From: Dehalococcoidia bacterium
GTDB taxonomy: Bacteria > Chloroflexota > Dehalococcoidia > Bin125
DNA length: 64,000 bases
Direction: 5' to 3'
NCBI GenBank assembly: GCA_963555985.3
Contig: OY820591.1
Coordinates: 2,208,001-2,272,000, forward strand
Part shown: positions 9,226-18,310 of the stretch, piece after piece
How positions within the stretch are numbered: position 1 is the first letter of the stretch
How the letters are laid out: each line of letters opens with the position of its first letter
Translations under genes and position numbers: made by a program
The notes under the pieces: model-generated
Told to the model about the DNA's origin: nothing
The model's database searches: none
The model's input: only the letters and a program-made list of their open reading frames with translations

Positions 9226-10341
9226 CTATGGCTGCGAGATGTCCAGCACGCCGCGGGCGACTTCGCCGGCTTGCATGGCGGCGAAGGCCTCGTTGATCTG
9301 GCCCAGCTCGAAGCGCTTGGAGACCAGGCCGGTGAGGTCGAGCTTGCCCTGGCGGTAGAGGTCGAGCAGCTTCGGCATGTGCTCGCGGAAGCGGGTGCTG
9401 CCGTACATGCAGCCGATCGCCTTCTTCTCTTGCAGGAACTCGGGGCCGGGGAGGCTCACCTCGGAGCCGAGCGGCATCATGCCGACGATGCAGGCGGTGC
9501 CGCCGGGGCGAACCATGTCCCAGGCCTGGCGGGCGGCATTGACGTTGCCAATGGCCTCGAATGCGATCTCCACGCCCATGCCCTCGGTCATCTCTTTGAC
9601 CGCCTCGACTGCATCGACCTCGGTCGCGTTGATGCGGTCGGTCGCGCCGAACTGCTCGGCGAAGTCGAGCTTGTTGTCGAGGATGTCGACCGCGATGATC
9701 CGGCTCGCGCCGGCGATCCGGCAGCCCTGGATCACATTGAGGCCAACCCCGCCGCAGCCGATCACGGCAACGATCGAGCCGCCCGGCACCTTGGCGGTGT
9801 AGAGCGCGGCGCCGACGCCAGTCATCACGCCGCAGCCGACCAACGCAGCCTCAGCCGGGGGCACGTCCTCGGGAATCTTGAGGACACCGGCCTGGGTGGT
9901 GAGCATGTACTCGCTGAAGGAGCCGACCGAGGCCATCTGCATGACCGGGCGGCCGTCCCAACTCAGGCGGCTCATCGAGAGTTGGGTGTCGTTGGGCGCG
10001 GGGCAGAGATTCGGTTCGCCACGCAGACACCAGTAGCAGTCTCCGCAGAAGGGGCGGAAGGACATGATCACGTGGTCGCCGGGCGCCACATAAGTCACGT
10101 CGGAACCGACCTCTTCGACCACACCGGCGGCCTCGTGGCCGAGGATGGTCGGGCGGCCACCGAACGCTGCGCCCCACTTGCCGTCGATGAAGTGCAGGTC
10201 GGAGTGGCAGACGCCGCTGGTCGTGGTGCGGACGAGCACCTCAGAGGGCTGGGGGTCGCGGACCTGAACGTCGTGGACTTCGAGTACGTCGCGGTCACCG
10301 TCTTTCGTTTGCGCTCCGGGTTCCCAGATGGCGGCTTTCAT
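9226..10341 (-). CDS. Zn-dependent alcohol dehydrogenase (class III-like)
   Basis: GVCHSD, GHEAAG, CGDCYWC...C, GCGVMTG, GCGGVG. Confidence 0.95.
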   Translation of the reverse strand: MKAAIWEPGAQTKDGDRDVLEVHDVQVRDPQPSEVLVRTTTSGVCHSDLHFIDGKWGAAFGGRPTILGHEAAGVVEEVGSDVTYVAPGDHVIMSFRPFCGDCYWCLRGEPNLCPAPNDTQLSMSRLSWDGRPVMQMASVGSFSEYMLTTQAGVLKIPEDVPPAEAALVGCGVMTGVGAALYTAKVPGGSIVAVIGCGGVGLNVIQGCRIAGASRIIAVDILDNKLDFAEQFGATDRINATEVDAVEAVKEMTEGMGVEIAFEAIGNVNAARQAWDMVRPGGTACIVGMMPLGSEVSLPGPEFLQEKKAIGCMYGSTRFREHMPKLLDLYRQGKLDLTGLVSKRFELGQINEAFAAMQAGEVARGVLDISQP

Positions 10342-10539
10342 CGCAGTTCCTTCCCAGGTTCTGGCAGTGATTGCTCCAGCCGCAGGGTTGGGCGGCTGCT
10401 GCGGCAAATGGTAGGTGAGCGTCTGGCAGGAGACAACCGAATCGGCCCGTCAACGAGGTCGCCAGCGGGGGATTGCAGGCGATCGGTTGATTTTTCAAGC
10501 GGAGCGGGGCCGTTCGCGGTCGGGGGCAGCGAATGGTGA

Positions 10540-10670
10540 GCGAGGTAGTCCGAGATAGTCCAGATTTGTCCAGGTTTATGCGGATTCTGCTGAATTTCGG
10601 GCGGAAATGACAGTGAGCATGCGGCTTTGTCCAAGCGTGTCCAGGTTGTGGGTGAGTAGCCATTTCGGGC
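10540..10670 (-). repeat. Dispersed 10-bp-periodic element (TCTGGACAAA family) upstream of the alcohol dehydrogenase gene
   Basis: GGTAGTCCGAGATAGTCCAGATTTGTCCAGGTTT... aligns by eye with the reverse complement of 49890-50012. Confidence 0.65.
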
Positions 10671-10773
10671 ACCGCGTGACGGCTGGGACGATGCGGGATG
10701 AAGCGATCGTATACGGACAGATGTACTGTGATGGGTCTAGATTGAGGCGGGTGTTGCGGAGGCGACAATCCGC

Positions 10774-11115
10774 TCAGGTGGGCGGCAGCAAGCCGAAGAA
10801 CCGCCGCTTCTTGGGAGGTTCCTTGCGGCGGGGGACGCGAGCCGCACCGGCCTGCACAAGTTCGGCCATGCCGCGGGCGCTCCAGCGATCTCCGGCGAGC
10901 CATTGGGCGAGTTGCTGATCGGCGCGGCTGACGGCGGGGGCGAAACGTCCGTCGTGCAGCCGCTCCAGCCGACGCACGAAGCGGTAGACCTTGAGGGAGG
11001 TCCAGACGACGAACAGGAGGAAGGCGAAGGCGGCGACGGCGGCGGCGATCCCGGCGAGGATGAGCACGGCGTCGCGGAGTTCGGCAAGGTCGCGGAAGAC
11101 GGCCAACTCGGTCAT
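10774..11115 (-). CDS. Hypothetical membrane protein
   Basis: N-terminal hydrophobic helix, basic C-terminal tail. Confidence 0.6.
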   Translation of the reverse strand: MTELAVFRDLAELRDAVLILAGIAAAVAAFAFLLFVVWTSLKVYRFVRRLERLHDGRFAPAVSRADQQLAQWLAGDRWSARGMAELVQAGAARVPRRKEPPKKRRFFGLLPPT

Positions 11116-11143
11116 CGGCTACCCTGACGGCGGAGGCGGAATC

Positions 11144-11254
11144 ATGCCCAAGCGCGGCCCGACTGAGATGCTCATCCTATTCCAATTGGCGTTGGGGGCG
11201 GCGTTTGCGGGGATGCTCGTGTGGACGGTGCTGGCCTGGGCGGGTGCGTTCTAG
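11144..11254 (+). CDS. Putative 36-aa single-TM small protein
   Basis: GGAGG RBS then MPKRGPTEMLILFQLALGAAFAGMLVWTVLAWAGAF. Confidence 0.45.
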   Translation: MPKRGPTEMLILFQLALGAAFAGMLVWTVLAWAGAF

Positions 11255-11294
11255 GGGGTCCAAGCCACCTCAGCTCGAACCACCAAAGCAACTT

Positions 11295-11392
11295 CGTCAT
11301 ACCCGCGCTTGTCGCGGGTATCTCGCCGAGTCGGGTACGAGCGTCAATACCGCGCACAGCGAGATTGCCGCGGCGGAGCGCGGCAATGACGG
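11295..11392. repeat. REP-like paired palindromes, family B (GTCAT...ATGAC, RS3-like)
   Basis: CGTCATACCCGCGCTTGTCGCGGGTATCTC ... GAGATTGCCGCGGCGGAGCGCGGCAATGACGG; related copies at 41260, 49550, 57040, 60278. Confidence 0.8.
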
Positions 11393-11437
11393 AGCGGGTG
11401 GATGCGAGTGTGGCGGTGCGGAAAGTGTGAACGTGAC

Positions 11438-12604
11438 CTAGCTGAAATAGCGGCCCTGGATGTTTCGGGCGATGACCATTCGCTGGATTTGGTTTGCGCC
11501 CTCGAAGATCTGGAAGATCTTGGCGTCTCGCATCCACTTTTCGAGGGGGAGGTCTTTCATAAAGCCCACGCCTCCGCAGACCTGGACGGCATCGGTGGTG
11601 ATCTTCATTGCCGCGTCTGAGGCGAATGTCTTCGCCTTGCTGGCTTCCTCAAGGTTGAAGGGTTCTCCGGCGGCGGCCATTTCGCCGGCTCGCCAGGTGA
11701 GCAGACGGGCGGCGTCGATGGCGATGTCCATGTCGGCGAGCATGAAGCCGACGCCCTGGTGCTCGATCAGGGGACGGCTCATGGTCTTGCGCTCGCGGGC
11801 GTAGTCGGCGGCGTATTCGAAGGCGGCGCGAGCGAGGCCGACGGCGAACGCGCCGATCCAGGGGCGCGTGGCGGCCAGCGTTCCCAGCGCTCCGCGACCG
11901 CCGGAGCGGAAGTCGGGATCGGGATCGCCGAGGCGGTTTTCGAGCGGAATGCGAACATCGTCGAAGGCGAGATCCGCGGTGTGGGAAGCGCGAATACCCA
12001 TCTTGTCCCACTTCTTGATCTGGCTGAATCCGGGCGCGTCGTTGGGGACGACGAAGGCGGAAACATCGCGCCAACCCTCGGAGTCCGACTCGCGCGCGAA
12101 GACGACGGTGAGGTCGGCGATGCCGCCACCGGTGATGAAGCGCTTGGTTCCGTTGATGACGTATTCGTCGCCGTCGCGGACGGCGCGCGTCTTGATCATG
12201 CCCGCGTCGGAGCCGGCGTCAGGTTCGGTCAGCGCGAGTGCGCCCAGGCGCAGCTTGCCGTCCTCGGAGGTGCATTCGGGGAGCCAGCGGTCGGCCTGCT
12301 CGGGCGTGCCGATCACCGAGATCGCAGTTGCGGCCAGACCGCTCACCTGCGTTCCCAATGCAATACCCGCGCAACCCCAGGACAGCTCTTCCGCCGTGAT
12401 CATCGCGGTGATGCCCGGTTCGGCCGCCTGACCTCCGAGGGCGACGCCGGTGAGTCCGATCTCGGCCGCTTTCTCGGCGACGTCCCAGGCGTACTCGTTG
12501 CGTTCGTCGTACTCCATCGCCACCGGGCGCACCTCGTTGGCTGCGAACTCGTGCGCGGTGCGCTGCACCATGCGGTCGGCTTCGGTCAGTGAGAAGTCGG
12601 TCAT
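11438..12604 (-). CDS. Acyl-CoA dehydrogenase
   Basis: ALTEPDAGSD, INGTKRFIT, KMGIRAS.T, RDAKIFQIFEGANQIQR. Confidence 0.95.
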   Translation of the reverse strand: MTDFSLTEADRMVQRTAHEFAANEVRPVAMEYDERNEYAWDVAEKAAEIGLTGVALGGQAAEPGITAMITAEELSWGCAGIALGTQVSGLAATAISVIGTPEQADRWLPECTSEDGKLRLGALALTEPDAGSDAGMIKTRAVRDGDEYVINGTKRFITGGGIADLTVVFARESDSEGWRDVSAFVVPNDAPGFSQIKKWDKMGIRASHTADLAFDDVRIPLENRLGDPDPDFRSGGRGALGTLAATRPWIGAFAVGLARAAFEYAADYARERKTMSRPLIEHQGVGFMLADMDIAIDAARLLTWRAGEMAAAGEPFNLEEASKAKTFASDAAMKITTDAVQVCGGVGFMKDLPLEKWMRDAKIFQIFEGANQIQRMVIARNIQGRYFS

Positions 12605-12876
12605 CGTCGTGATCGCCTTGCGTGAATCTGCCGGACGGGATGGGTTGAGGATACGTCCGGCGTCGGTGAGCGCTGTTGCAGAGGAGGCAGACGATTGAGC
12701 AGCCGCGCAGTGGCGAAGGCGATCTCGTCGATCGCCTGCTCAAACGCCGCTTCGTTCTTCGCTGAGGGACGCTGCATACCGCTCACCTTGCGCACGTATT
12801 GCCGCGCGGCCTCGGCGATCTCGACGGCGCCGGCGGAACCTTCCGGTTGGCGTAGACGCTTGATTGAGCGGCACAT
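12601..12876 (-). CDS. DUF2277 family small protein
   Basis: MCRSIK.LR...AARQYVRKVSG...PS..NEAAF..A. Confidence 0.85.
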   Translation of the reverse strand: MCRSIKRLRQPEGSAGAVEIAEAARQYVRKVSGMQRPSAKNEAAFEQAIDEIAFATARLLNRLPPLQQRSPTPDVSSTHPVRQIHARRSRR

Positions 12877-12885
12877 CAGTTGGAG

Positions 12886-12985
12886 CCCTCACCCTATCCC
12901 TCTCCCTCAGGGAGAGGGGATTTCTGGCCCTCACCCTAACCCCCCGCATCAGGTGCGGGGCAGGCTCTCTCCCAGAGGGCGCGGA
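12886..12985. repeat. Tandem CCCTCACCCTA-type palindromic repeats with a nested palindrome
   Basis: CCCTCACCCTATCCCTCTCCCTCAGGGAGAGGG, then a second copy interrupted by CCCCGCATCAGGTGCGGGGCAGG. Confidence 0.7.
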
Positions 12986-13008
12986 AATTGACTCTCGGAG
13001 AAGAGAGC

Positions 13009-13866
13009 TTAGAAGCCAGTGAACTTGGGTTCGCGGCGTTCGCGGAAGGACATGCCGCCTTCGATTCTGTCGAAGGAGCCGGTCACCAGCGGCAGCACGC
13101 CGCCGGAGAGTTCGAGGGCGGATTCGTAGTCGAGGTAGGCGGTGCGATAGGCCATCAATTTGCCGACCTTCTGGCCGACTGGGGGACCGTTCTCGACCTC
13201 CTGGGCGAATTCGAGCAGCTTCTCGCGGAACTCTTCCGGCTCGAACAGGTAGTTGCTGAGGCCAGCTTCGTGGCCCTCCTGCGCCGACATAAAGCGACCG
13301 GTGAACATCATCTCCATGGCCTTGCGCCAGCCGATGATCTTGGGGATCGCCCAGAAACCGCCGAGGTCGGCGTAGAGGCCGCGCTTGACGTATGCGACCT
13401 GGTAGCGGGCGTTGGTCGAGGCGACGAGCAGGTCGCAGAGGCAGGCCATGTCGAATCCGGCGCCGACGCAGGGGCCGTTCACGCCGGCGATGACGGGGAT
13501 GTCGAGGCGGCGGAGTTCGGCAAAGGTCTTAGTCTCGTAGCGGAAGTTGAGGCGCTGGCCTTCGTTGTCGGTGTAGTTCGGGGAGTCGGGCGCACCCAAG
13601 AGCGGGTCGGGGTTGTCGTCCCAGAAGTCGGTGCCTCGTCCGTCTCCGCCGCCTCCAGCGTCCATGCCGGCGCAGAAGCCGCGGCCCTTGCCGGTGATCA
13701 CGAGCACGCGCGCGGTGCGGTCCATGCGGATCCTGGTGAGCGCGTCGTACATCTCGGCGAGCAATGGGAACGTGAGCGCGTTCAGCTTCTCCGGCCGGTT
13801 TAGCTCCAGCCAGATGATGCCGTCCTGGTTTCCCGTGCGTTCGACGGTGATCAACTCGTAGCTCAT
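13009..13866 (-). CDS. Enoyl-CoA hydratase/isomerase family protein
   Basis: LNRPEKLNAL, GRGFCAGMD, VNGPCVGAG, FRERREPKF. Confidence 0.92.
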   Translation of the reverse strand: MSYELITVERTGNQDGIIWLELNRPEKLNALTFPLLAEMYDALTRIRMDRTARVLVITGKGRGFCAGMDAGGGGDGRGTDFWDDNPDPLLGAPDSPNYTDNEGQRLNFRYETKTFAELRRLDIPVIAGVNGPCVGAGFDMACLCDLLVASTNARYQVAYVKRGLYADLGGFWAIPKIIGWRKAMEMMFTGRFMSAQEGHEAGLSNYLFEPEEFREKLLEFAQEVENGPPVGQKVGKLMAYRTAYLDYESALELSGGVLPLVTGSFDRIEGGMSFRERREPKFTGF

Positions 13867-13885
13867 CGTGATCTCCTCTTGCCCT

Positions 13886-14893
13886 TTAGGTCAGGCGGGG
13901 CATGACGTCGTTGGTAAAGCGGAGGAAGGAGTCGTGGCTGAAGGGGGCGCACATCAGATAGTCGAGGCCGATGGTCTCCTGCAGTTCGAGCACCTTGTCG
14001 GCGACTTTGCTGGCGGAACCGTGGATCACGACCTCGTTCGCGTAGCGGTCGATCCGGGCGTCGTCGGAGAGTTGCCGAATTGGGCTCGAATTGCCGCTGA
14101 CCTTCTCGTTGGCGTAGGAGCCGATCGTCCACTGAGCGCCGTTGCGCGCAATCTGCTCTGCCTCCGCGTCGGTCTCGGCGACCGCGATCAGGCGCGCCAT
14201 CGGCATGACGCGGTTCTCGGTGTTGTGGCCATGCTTGCGCAGGCCCTCGAAGTAACTCCGGCGTTGCTCGCCGAGCTCCGCGGTCGTCGTGTGCGGCCCG
14301 AGCAGGATCGAATAGCCCTGCTTCGCCGCCCAGCCAATCGCATCGGGACCGCCGGCTGCCACCCAGAACGGCGGCGTCGGCTGTTGGTAGGGCTTGGGCA
14401 GGACTTCGATCTCGTCGAAGTCGTAGTAGTTGCCGTGCCAAGTGATCCGTTCCTGGCGCCAGGCCTCAAGCACGACCTGCACCGACTCGCGAAAACGTGG
14501 ATACGATTCCTCGATATCCACGCCAAAGGCGCGAAACTCAGTCCGGTCGAAACCGCGCCCCGCGCCCCAGTTCACCCGTCCCCCGGAGAGGATGTCGAGC
14601 AGAGCGACTTCCTCTGCGATTCGCAGCGGGTGGTAGAAGGCCGCCAGCGTGACCGCCGTGCCGATTCGCAGCCGCTCCGTCCGCCCTGCCACGTGCATCC
14701 CCATCAGATGCACGGAGGGACAGACGGAGTAGGTGGAGAAATGATGCTCGGCCAGCCAAACACAGTCGTAGCCGGTCTCCTCCATGATGTCGATCCGGTT
14801 GAGCGCACGCTCGTAGACGGTAGGGAGGGGTACGCGGCGTCCGGGCCAGGAGAAGAATTGGAGGACGCCGAATTTGAGAGGAGTGTTGCTCAT
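13886..14893 (-). CDS. LLM class flavin-dependent oxidoreductase
   Basis: WLAEHHF, LRIGTAV, HPLRIAEEVALLD.LSGGR, PKPYQQPTPP. Confidence 0.92.
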   Translation of the reverse strand: MSNTPLKFGVLQFFSWPGRRVPLPTVYERALNRIDIMEETGYDCVWLAEHHFSTYSVCPSVHLMGMHVAGRTERLRIGTAVTLAAFYHPLRIAEEVALLDILSGGRVNWGAGRGFDRTEFRAFGVDIEESYPRFRESVQVVLEAWRQERITWHGNYYDFDEIEVLPKPYQQPTPPFWVAAGGPDAIGWAAKQGYSILLGPHTTTAELGEQRRSYFEGLRKHGHNTENRVMPMARLIAVAETDAEAEQIARNGAQWTIGSYANEKVSGNSSPIRQLSDDARIDRYANEVVIHGSASKVADKVLELQETIGLDYLMCAPFSHDSFLRFTNDVMPRLT

Positions 14894-14928
14894 GCGCGTA
14901 GCGTAACCGCCCACCGCCGGCTGGCCGA

Positions 14929-15615
14929 CTAGCTCCAGATCAGCGAGCAGTCGAGGGTGAAGCCTTGCAGCACATCCTCACCCGAGAGCGTGTCCGGGCG
15001 TTCGAGGAAGTCCGGCTCGTCCTGTCCGGCTCGATAGATCCAGACCAACTCGCGCTTCGGATCGATCAGCCAGCCGAGCTGGACGCCGTAGCTCATCCAC
15101 ATCACCATCTTGCGCTGTTGGGAGGCGAGCGTCTGGGAACTTGAGATGATCTCAACCATGAAGGCAGGTGCGAGGTGGGGATAGCCCGCGTCGTAATCTT
15201 CGTCCATCGCGTCGAGCTGCGCGCCGCTGATCCAAGAGAGATCCGGCGCTCGCAACTCGAACTTGCTGCTGTCTTCCTCGCCAGTTTCCGGGCGTTCACC
15301 CATCCGGAATCCGCCGGTACCGTCTCGTGCTCGTCCGCCCCCGCCAGCGTCAATCCAATTCACGAGCGCGGCGATCGCTCGGGCAGCCAGATCCGGACCT
15401 TTGCCAGTCGGAGGAGGTGAGATGATGAGCTCTCCATTCGCTGAGCGTTCGAGGTCCAGGGCGTCGTTGCACGCACCGAGCCGGTCAAACGCATCATCCG
15501 TCAGTCGCCATTCCGGCGGTAGCTGCAACACAATCGGCCCGACCGGTCGGGTCGGCCTCTCTGTCTCCTCGGCGGTGCCGGCAACTCCGCTTGGCTTGCG
15601 TTGGGTCGTGACCAT
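14929..15615 (-). CDS. Uma2 (DUF820) family putative endonuclease
   Basis: LERSANGELII.PP, APDLSWI, APAFMVEIISSS, GVQLGWLIDP, LSGEDVLQGF. Confidence 0.9.
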   Translation of the reverse strand: MVTTQRKPSGVAGTAEETERPTRPVGPIVLQLPPEWRLTDDAFDRLGACNDALDLERSANGELIISPPPTGKGPDLAARAIAALVNWIDAGGGGRARDGTGGFRMGERPETGEEDSSKFELRAPDLSWISGAQLDAMDEDYDAGYPHLAPAFMVEIISSSQTLASQQRKMVMWMSYGVQLGWLIDPKRELVWIYRAGQDEPDFLERPDTLSGEDVLQGFTLDCSLIWS

Positions 15616-15617
15616 GA

Positions 15618-16628
15618 TCAGCTACCCCGTCTCGATACAGCGACGCCGGACAGTGTCTCGAGCACGACGCGGTTCGCCAGCAGCGCCGTCACCTCCGACT
15701 GATCGTAGGGCGGCGCGACTTCGACCACATCCATGCCCAGCAGCTTGCTCTCCATGCCGATCCGGCGCACTGCATCCAGCAACTGGCGCGAGGTCAGACC
15801 GCCCGACTCGGGCGTGCCCGTGCCGGGCGCCATGCCCGGATCGACCACATCGACATCCACCGAGAGGAAGACGCCGTCACAATCGTCGGCGGCACGCTCT
15901 AGCGCCTCCGTGAGGCAAGCGTCCAGGCCGCGCTCGACGACTTCGGTCATCTCGTACCAGCGCATCCGTTGGTCGGCCATCCACTCCAGGATCGGCGGAT
16001 CGGGCCAATAGCCTCGCAGCCCGATCTGGAGAAAACGATCGCCGCGGATCGCGCCGCTCATGATCAGTCGCCGCATCGGGGTACCGTGCCCCCACAGGCC
16101 GCCGTCGGAATCGCCGGTGTCGGCGTGAGCGTCGAAGTGAATCAGCGATACACGGCCAAAACCGTGGTGTTGCGCCACGCCCTGCGCGGTTGCATAGGTG
16201 ATCGTGTGATCGCCGCCGAGCACCACCGGAATTGCGCCGGCGGCCGCGACCGTGCGGCACGCCTCCATCAGCCGCCCCAGTCCGCCCTCGCTGTCGAGTT
16301 GGGGCATACGCACATCGCCGACATCGACGACACCCAACTCGCCCAGCGGATCGACACGGAGCCTGAGATGCGGCCGGTACCCGCTCTGCGGGAGGTAGTC
16401 GGTGGAACGAATCGCCTGCGGTCCGAAACGAGCGCCGGGGCGCCAGCTCGTACCCGCGTCGAACGGCGCGCCGACGATCACGGCTTGCGCGCCGGCGAGC
16501 GAGTCCGGCTCGCGAAGACTCGCGGCGGGGACGCCGAGGAAGGTGGCAGAGGGACCGTATTGGGTTGCCGGGCGCTGGCGGTAGTGCGCCTCCGCGTAGG
16601 AACGAGGAAGTTCGGACTGGTCGCTCAT
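15618..16628 (-). CDS. speB: Agmatinase (ureohydrolase family)
   Basis: GAPFD...RPGARFGP, GGDHTI, HFDAHAD, SVDVDVVDP..APGTGTP; start could also be 16643. Confidence 0.85.
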   Translation of the reverse strand: MSDQSELPRSYAEAHYRQRPATQYGPSATFLGVPAASLREPDSLAGAQAVIVGAPFDAGTSWRPGARFGPQAIRSTDYLPQSGYRPHLRLRVDPLGELGVVDVGDVRMPQLDSEGGLGRLMEACRTVAAAGAIPVVLGGDHTITYATAQGVAQHHGFGRVSLIHFDAHADTGDSDGGLWGHGTPMRRLIMSGAIRGDRFLQIGLRGYWPDPPILEWMADQRMRWYEMTEVVERGLDACLTEALERAADDCDGVFLSVDVDVVDPGMAPGTGTPESGGLTSRQLLDAVRRIGMESKLLGMDVVEVAPPYDQSEVTALLANRVVLETLSGVAVSRRGS

Positions 16629-16717
16629 CACACGCTTCCCCATCGTTCGGCTGCCTGCAAGGTGGTATCTAGAATGGTATCCAGCGCGTCTGACCGGGCG
16701 GCAGGGAGGATTCCGCG

Positions 16718-18289
16718 GTGGCGACAGAGACGGCAACCGAGGCGCTACTGAGCGAACTTCAACAAGCGCTGACCGCGCTCCCGCGTCAGCGGACGCAGGC
16801 GCTGCCCGCGCTGCACATCGTTGATGAGGTGTACGGCTACCTCGATCACGCGGCGCTGGAGCAGGTCGCGCAATGGGTGCATATGCCCCGAGCGGAGCTG
16901 TTCGCGGTCGCCACCAGCTACACGGAGTTCCGCTGGTCCCCGCTGGCTTCAGATTCGCTTCGCATCTGTCGGGGCCTGTCCTGTCAGATCGCCGGCGGGG
17001 GTGCAGAGCCGAGTGGCGAAGCGCACGAGTGCATGTTCCTCTGCGCGGCGGCGGAGCGCGGCCCGGTCTCAGCGGCAGGCGCGGGCCACGTTGAAGCGTT
17101 GGTCGACGCAGACGTGTGGCAGGCGGCGAGGAATCAGATCGGGGGCGGTCTCTCTAGGCTCACCAGTATTCGCACCGGAGCTTCGCCCAAGTGGAGCGGC
17201 TGGGAGGCCGCTGCGTCGATCTCGCCGGCAGCAGTGGTGAACCTCGTTGAAGCATCGAGTCTGAGAGGACGAGGAGGGGCCTATTTCCCGGTACATCTGA
17301 AGTGGCGCGGCGCAATCGAGGCAGCGGCTCGCAATGGACGCCCCCTCTTGGTGATCAACGCCGAAGAGGGTGAACCAGGCATCTTCAAGGACCGGGTGCT
17401 GATGGAGCGCGATCCGCAACGGCTGCTCGAGGGCATCCGCATCTGCTGCTATGCCATCGGCGCAGAGCAGACCTATCTCTACATCAACGGCATGGCCGAT
17501 CGCTCAGCGCAGGCGATGGCTTCCGCCATCGCCGAAGCCCGGGTTGCAGGGCTGCTCGACGGACTGAAGATCGAGATTCGTCGCGGGGCCGGCGGTTACG
17601 TCTGCGGCGAGGAATCGGTGATCCTCGAATCGATCGAAGGACGGCGCGCCGTTCCTCGGCTCAAGCCGCCGTTCCCGACCGAGCGCGGACTCTGGGGGCG
17701 TCCGACGGTGATCAACAACGTCGAGACGCTGGCCAACCTGCCCGACATTTTCGAGTTCGGCTCAGATTGGTTTCGCGAGGTCGGCATGAGCGACGCGCCG
17801 GGGACGAAGTTGCTGTCGTTGAGCGGCGCGTTCGCCAATCGCGGCTGGATCGAACTCCCGCTTGGCACGCCGGTATCGGAGATCATCGAGCTCGCTGAGC
17901 CGACCGAGACACTCGCCGGGGTCGCCATCGGCGGACCATCGGGAGGATTTCTCGCCCCAGAGCACTTTGATACGCCGATCGCGCCTGGCTCCCTTGATGG
18001 TCACGGCGCGGTCCTCGGCGCGGGCGGGATCATCGGCATCCCCGAATCGTTCGGGATCGAGCGCGCGCTGGCGGTCTGGGCGGAGTACAACGCGAACGAA
18101 TCCTGCGGCAAGTGCACGCCCTGCCGCGAAGGATCGGGGCGAATGGCCGCCGCGCTCGCCAACGGGGATTGGGCCGATGTGGAGGAACTGATCCCGCTGA
18201 TCACGGCTGGTTCGCTCTGCGGGCTCGGACAGATGGCCCCCAATCCGATCACCTCAGCCCAGCATCAATTCGGCGGCTCGCTCAGGTAG
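16718..18289 (+). CDS. NuoE/NuoF-like fusion, diaphorase module of NAD-linked formate dehydrogenase
   Basis: NuoE-like ICRGLSC..CMFLC; NuoF-like LRGRGGAYFP, NAEEGEPG.FKDR, GAGGYVCGEE, ESCGKCTPCREG, SLCGLG. Confidence 0.88.
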   Translation: MATETATEALLSELQQALTALPRQRTQALPALHIVDEVYGYLDHAALEQVAQWVHMPRAELFAVATSYTEFRWSPLASDSLRICRGLSCQIAGGGAEPSGEAHECMFLCAAAERGPVSAAGAGHVEALVDADVWQAARNQIGGGLSRLTSIRTGASPKWSGWEAAASISPAAVVNLVEASSLRGRGGAYFPVHLKWRGAIEAAARNGRPLLVINAEEGEPGIFKDRVLMERDPQRLLEGIRICCYAIGAEQTYLYINGMADRSAQAMASAIAEARVAGLLDGLKIEIRRGAGGYVCGEESVILESIEGRRAVPRLKPPFPTERGLWGRPTVINNVETLANLPDIFEFGSDWFREVGMSDAPGTKLLSLSGAFANRGWIELPLGTPVSEIIELAEPTETLAGVAIGGPSGGFLAPEHFDTPIAPGSLDGHGAVLGAGGIIGIPESFGIERALAVWAEYNANESCGKCTPCREGSGRMAAALANGDWADVEELIPLITAGSLCGLGQMAPNPITSAQHQFGGSLR

Positions 18290-18310
18290 CCCCCAACCAC
18301 CAGATATGCG

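Noticed and set aside
14929-15615. Uma2 nuclease as part of a defence system
   Set aside because: A solitary copy among metabolic genes; the family is often expanded and dispersed, and there are no partners or repeats nearby.
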